Shown one piece after another: positions 61,492-62,764 of a DNA stretch of 62,764 nt. The translations under genes were made by a program, and so were the position numbers. The notes beneath the pieces are model-generated. The model saw only the letters and a list, made by a program, of their open reading frames with translations, ran no database searches and was not told the origin of the DNA. The DNA comes from Elusimicrobiota bacterium. Lineage in GTDB: Bacteria; Elusimicrobiota; Elusimicrobia; UBA1565; UBA9628. The stretch is taken from the NCBI GenBank assembly GCA_013044195.1, contig JABEUV010000114.1, forward strand, positions 1 through 62,764, in the 5' to 3' direction. The first letter of the stretch is position 1, and every line of letters begins with the position of its first letter.

Positions 61492-62292
61492 ATGATTTTC
61501 CCTGCGCGCCGCATCCTGGTACCCGATGATTTAACGTCGGCTTCGCGCCGTACGTGGGCGTGGGCGCGCCGCTTCGCCGCTCCGGGAGCGTGCTTGGAAT
61601 CTTTGTTCGTCTACGACCCGCCGATCACGCCGATACTGGGTCTTCCCGCGCCCGAGTTGACCGAGGCCGACGAGGAGAGCCTGCGTGAGCGCCTGCGCGC
61701 GCGGCGGCCCGGCGGCTCGGATTACCGCGTCGAGTGCGGCGATCCCGCTTTCCGCATCTTGCGCCGCGCCCGGCACGCGGACCTGGCGGTTCTCGGCACG
61801 CATCACCGCGTCGGCTTGTCCCGCGCCTTGTTGGGCTCGGTCGCCGAGGCGGTGGCGCGGGACGCCGAAATCCCGGTGCTGGCCGTGGGGGCGCCGCTGC
61901 GCCGGGTGTCGTCGGTGTTGGCGCCGGTCAACGGCGAGCCGTATGCCTTCGCGGGGCTGGCGCTCGCCGCGCAGGCCGCGGCGTTTCTGGGCGCGAGGTT
62001 GACGGTGCTGAACGTGCGCGCGCAGGCCGGTGGTGAAGGCGACTCGCGTCGGCTGGTGCGCGGCCTGATCGAGCGTCTTCCGGCGGCCGCGCGCGACAAG
62101 ACGCGTCCGCGCGTGGCGACGGCGTACGGCGATCCGGTGTCGGCCATTCTTGAAGAATCGGTCCGTCACGGCCTCGTCGTCCTGGCCGCGCGCCGCAAAC
62201 GGCTGTTGAGCGCGTGGGTTCTGGGCGGCACGGTGGAGCGCGTCCTGCGGCACTCGCGAGTTCCGGTGCTCTCCGTTCCTGCCCATATTTGA
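61492..62292 (+). CDS. Tandem universal stress protein
   Basis: The ATG at 61492 follows AAGGAGAG. RILVPDDLTSAS..., DLAVLGTHHRVGL...GSVAEA, and a second Usp repeat. Confidence 0.9.
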   Translation: MIFPARRILVPDDLTSASRRTWAWARRFAAPGACLESLFVYDPPITPILGLPAPELTEADEESLRERLRARRPGGSDYRVECGDPAFRILRRARHADLAVLGTHHRVGLSRALLGSVAEAVARDAEIPVLAVGAPLRRVSSVLAPVNGEPYAFAGLALAAQAAAFLGARLTVLNVRAQAGGEGDSRRLVRGLIERLPAAARDKTRPRVATAYGDPVSAILEESVRHGLVVLAARRKRLLSAWVLGGTVERVLRHSRVPVLSVPAHI

Positions 62293-62327
62293 GCCCGATG
62301 CCTCTCGAAACCTGTTAGACTGGGCGG

Positions 62328-62764
62328 GTGACGACGCTTTCCCCGCGGGCGTACCTTCATAATTTTCGGCCGCTGGATTTCGGCGTGCGCGTGGCGCAGT
62401 CCGACGGTGCTGCGTGGTTGAGGCGCGCGCTGGCGCGCGTTCATGAAGGCGGCTTCGGCGCGGCGCAGAAGCGCGCCGACGCGTTGTATGCGCGGCTGGG
62501 ACGCGGCGGGGCCATTGAGGAGCGCGTCAGCGTCGTGGTCGACTACGTGCAAAGCGACTGGGAGCGCATGACTTTGTTCAAGCCTTCGGCGGGGGCACCG
62601 TGGCATCGGCCGCCGTTGGAGGCGCGCATGGCTCTTTTTGAGGAGACGGCCCTGCGCTTGGCCGAGACGGCGTTTACCGCGGGGGAGGTCGCGCCCGGCG
62701 CGCTGGTGCAGGTGTCGTGCACCGGCTACGCCTCGCCGCACGCCGTCCAGCGCGCGGCCGCGCG
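62328..62764 (+). CDS. Type III polyketide synthase / chalcone-synthase-like protein, 5' partial (runs off the window)
   Basis: Not in the ORF track because no stop is reached. My translation from the GTG at 62328 ends ...RLAETAFTAGEVAPGALVQVSCTGYASPHAVQRAA, which resembles the region before the active-site Cys of type III PKS/KAS III enzymes. Confidence 0.5.
   Translation, partial: MTTLSPRAYLHNFRPLDFGVRVAQSDGAAWLRRALARVHEGGFGAAQKRADALYARLGRGGAIEERVSVVVDYVQSDWERMTLFKPSAGAPWHRPPLEARMALFEETALRLAETAFTAGEVAPGALVQVSCTGYASPHAVQRAAA

Noticed and set aside
62166-62741. 191-aa minus-strand ORF at the right edge.
   Set aside because: It is Arg/Ala/Pro-rich with no motifs. The opposite strand gives a Usp C-terminus and then a PKS III-like N-terminus.
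1-62764. Transposase, integrase, prophage core or conjugation genes that would define a classical mobile element.
   Set aside because: No such gene is recognisable in any frame. The accessory-looking segments (190-3450, 46930-52061, 55606-57149) are inferred only from repeats and composition.

Overview
Visibly GC-rich bacterial chromosomal segment. The gene content looks diderm: outer-membrane beta-barrel-like proteins ending in F, a Prc-type protease and an LplT/Aas fusion. I found no rRNA, no intact tRNA, no CRISPR array and no transposase or integrase. About 59 protein-coding genes are supportable. Many long ORFs in the six-frame track are antisense shadow ORFs typical of high-GC DNA. Confident landmarks are clpB, a Prc-like S41 protease, an LplT-PlsC-Aas fusion, hemA, phosphoketolase, glgA, malQ and a GH14 beta-amylase.

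Regions worth a second look, in window order:
- 1-3.5 kb: small accessory-looking islet with tandem 22-mers, an AT-rich perfect hairpin, an AAA+ ATPase, a nucleotidyltransferase-fold pair with a triple operator, and a tRNA T-arm-like remnant.
- 13.2-15.1 kb: exported tandem kinase-like protein overlap-coupled to prc.
- 23.9-29.2 kb: sigma-54 module. It has a compact RpoN-like gene divergent from a PAS kinase, an NtrC-type activator without a DNA-binding domain, and two radical-SAM genes.
- 40.6-46.7 kb: mirror-arranged redox/NO-stress-type locus. Two paralogous histidine-rich 12-TM proteins are each coupled to small metal-centre domains and bracketed by Rrf2 and Crp/Fnr regulators. An FNR-type palindrome sits at -41.5 of an apparently leaderless start.
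- 46.9-52.1 kb: module of about 5.1 kb bracketed by ~120-nt inverted conserved elements. It encodes a CheY-like protein, a DUF4423-like protein, three pilin-like proteins and a tail-fibre-like protein.
- 52-61 kb: glycogen/maltose cluster. It contains a 1.6-kb insertion flanked by 55-nt direct repeats and a beta-amylase fused to a SWEET/PQ-loop-like membrane domain.
- Three unrelated enzymes share an N-terminal module of signal peptide, Ala/Pro-rich stretch and LFD[GA] motif.

All family calls are from reading the translations by eye and need HMM or structure confirmation.
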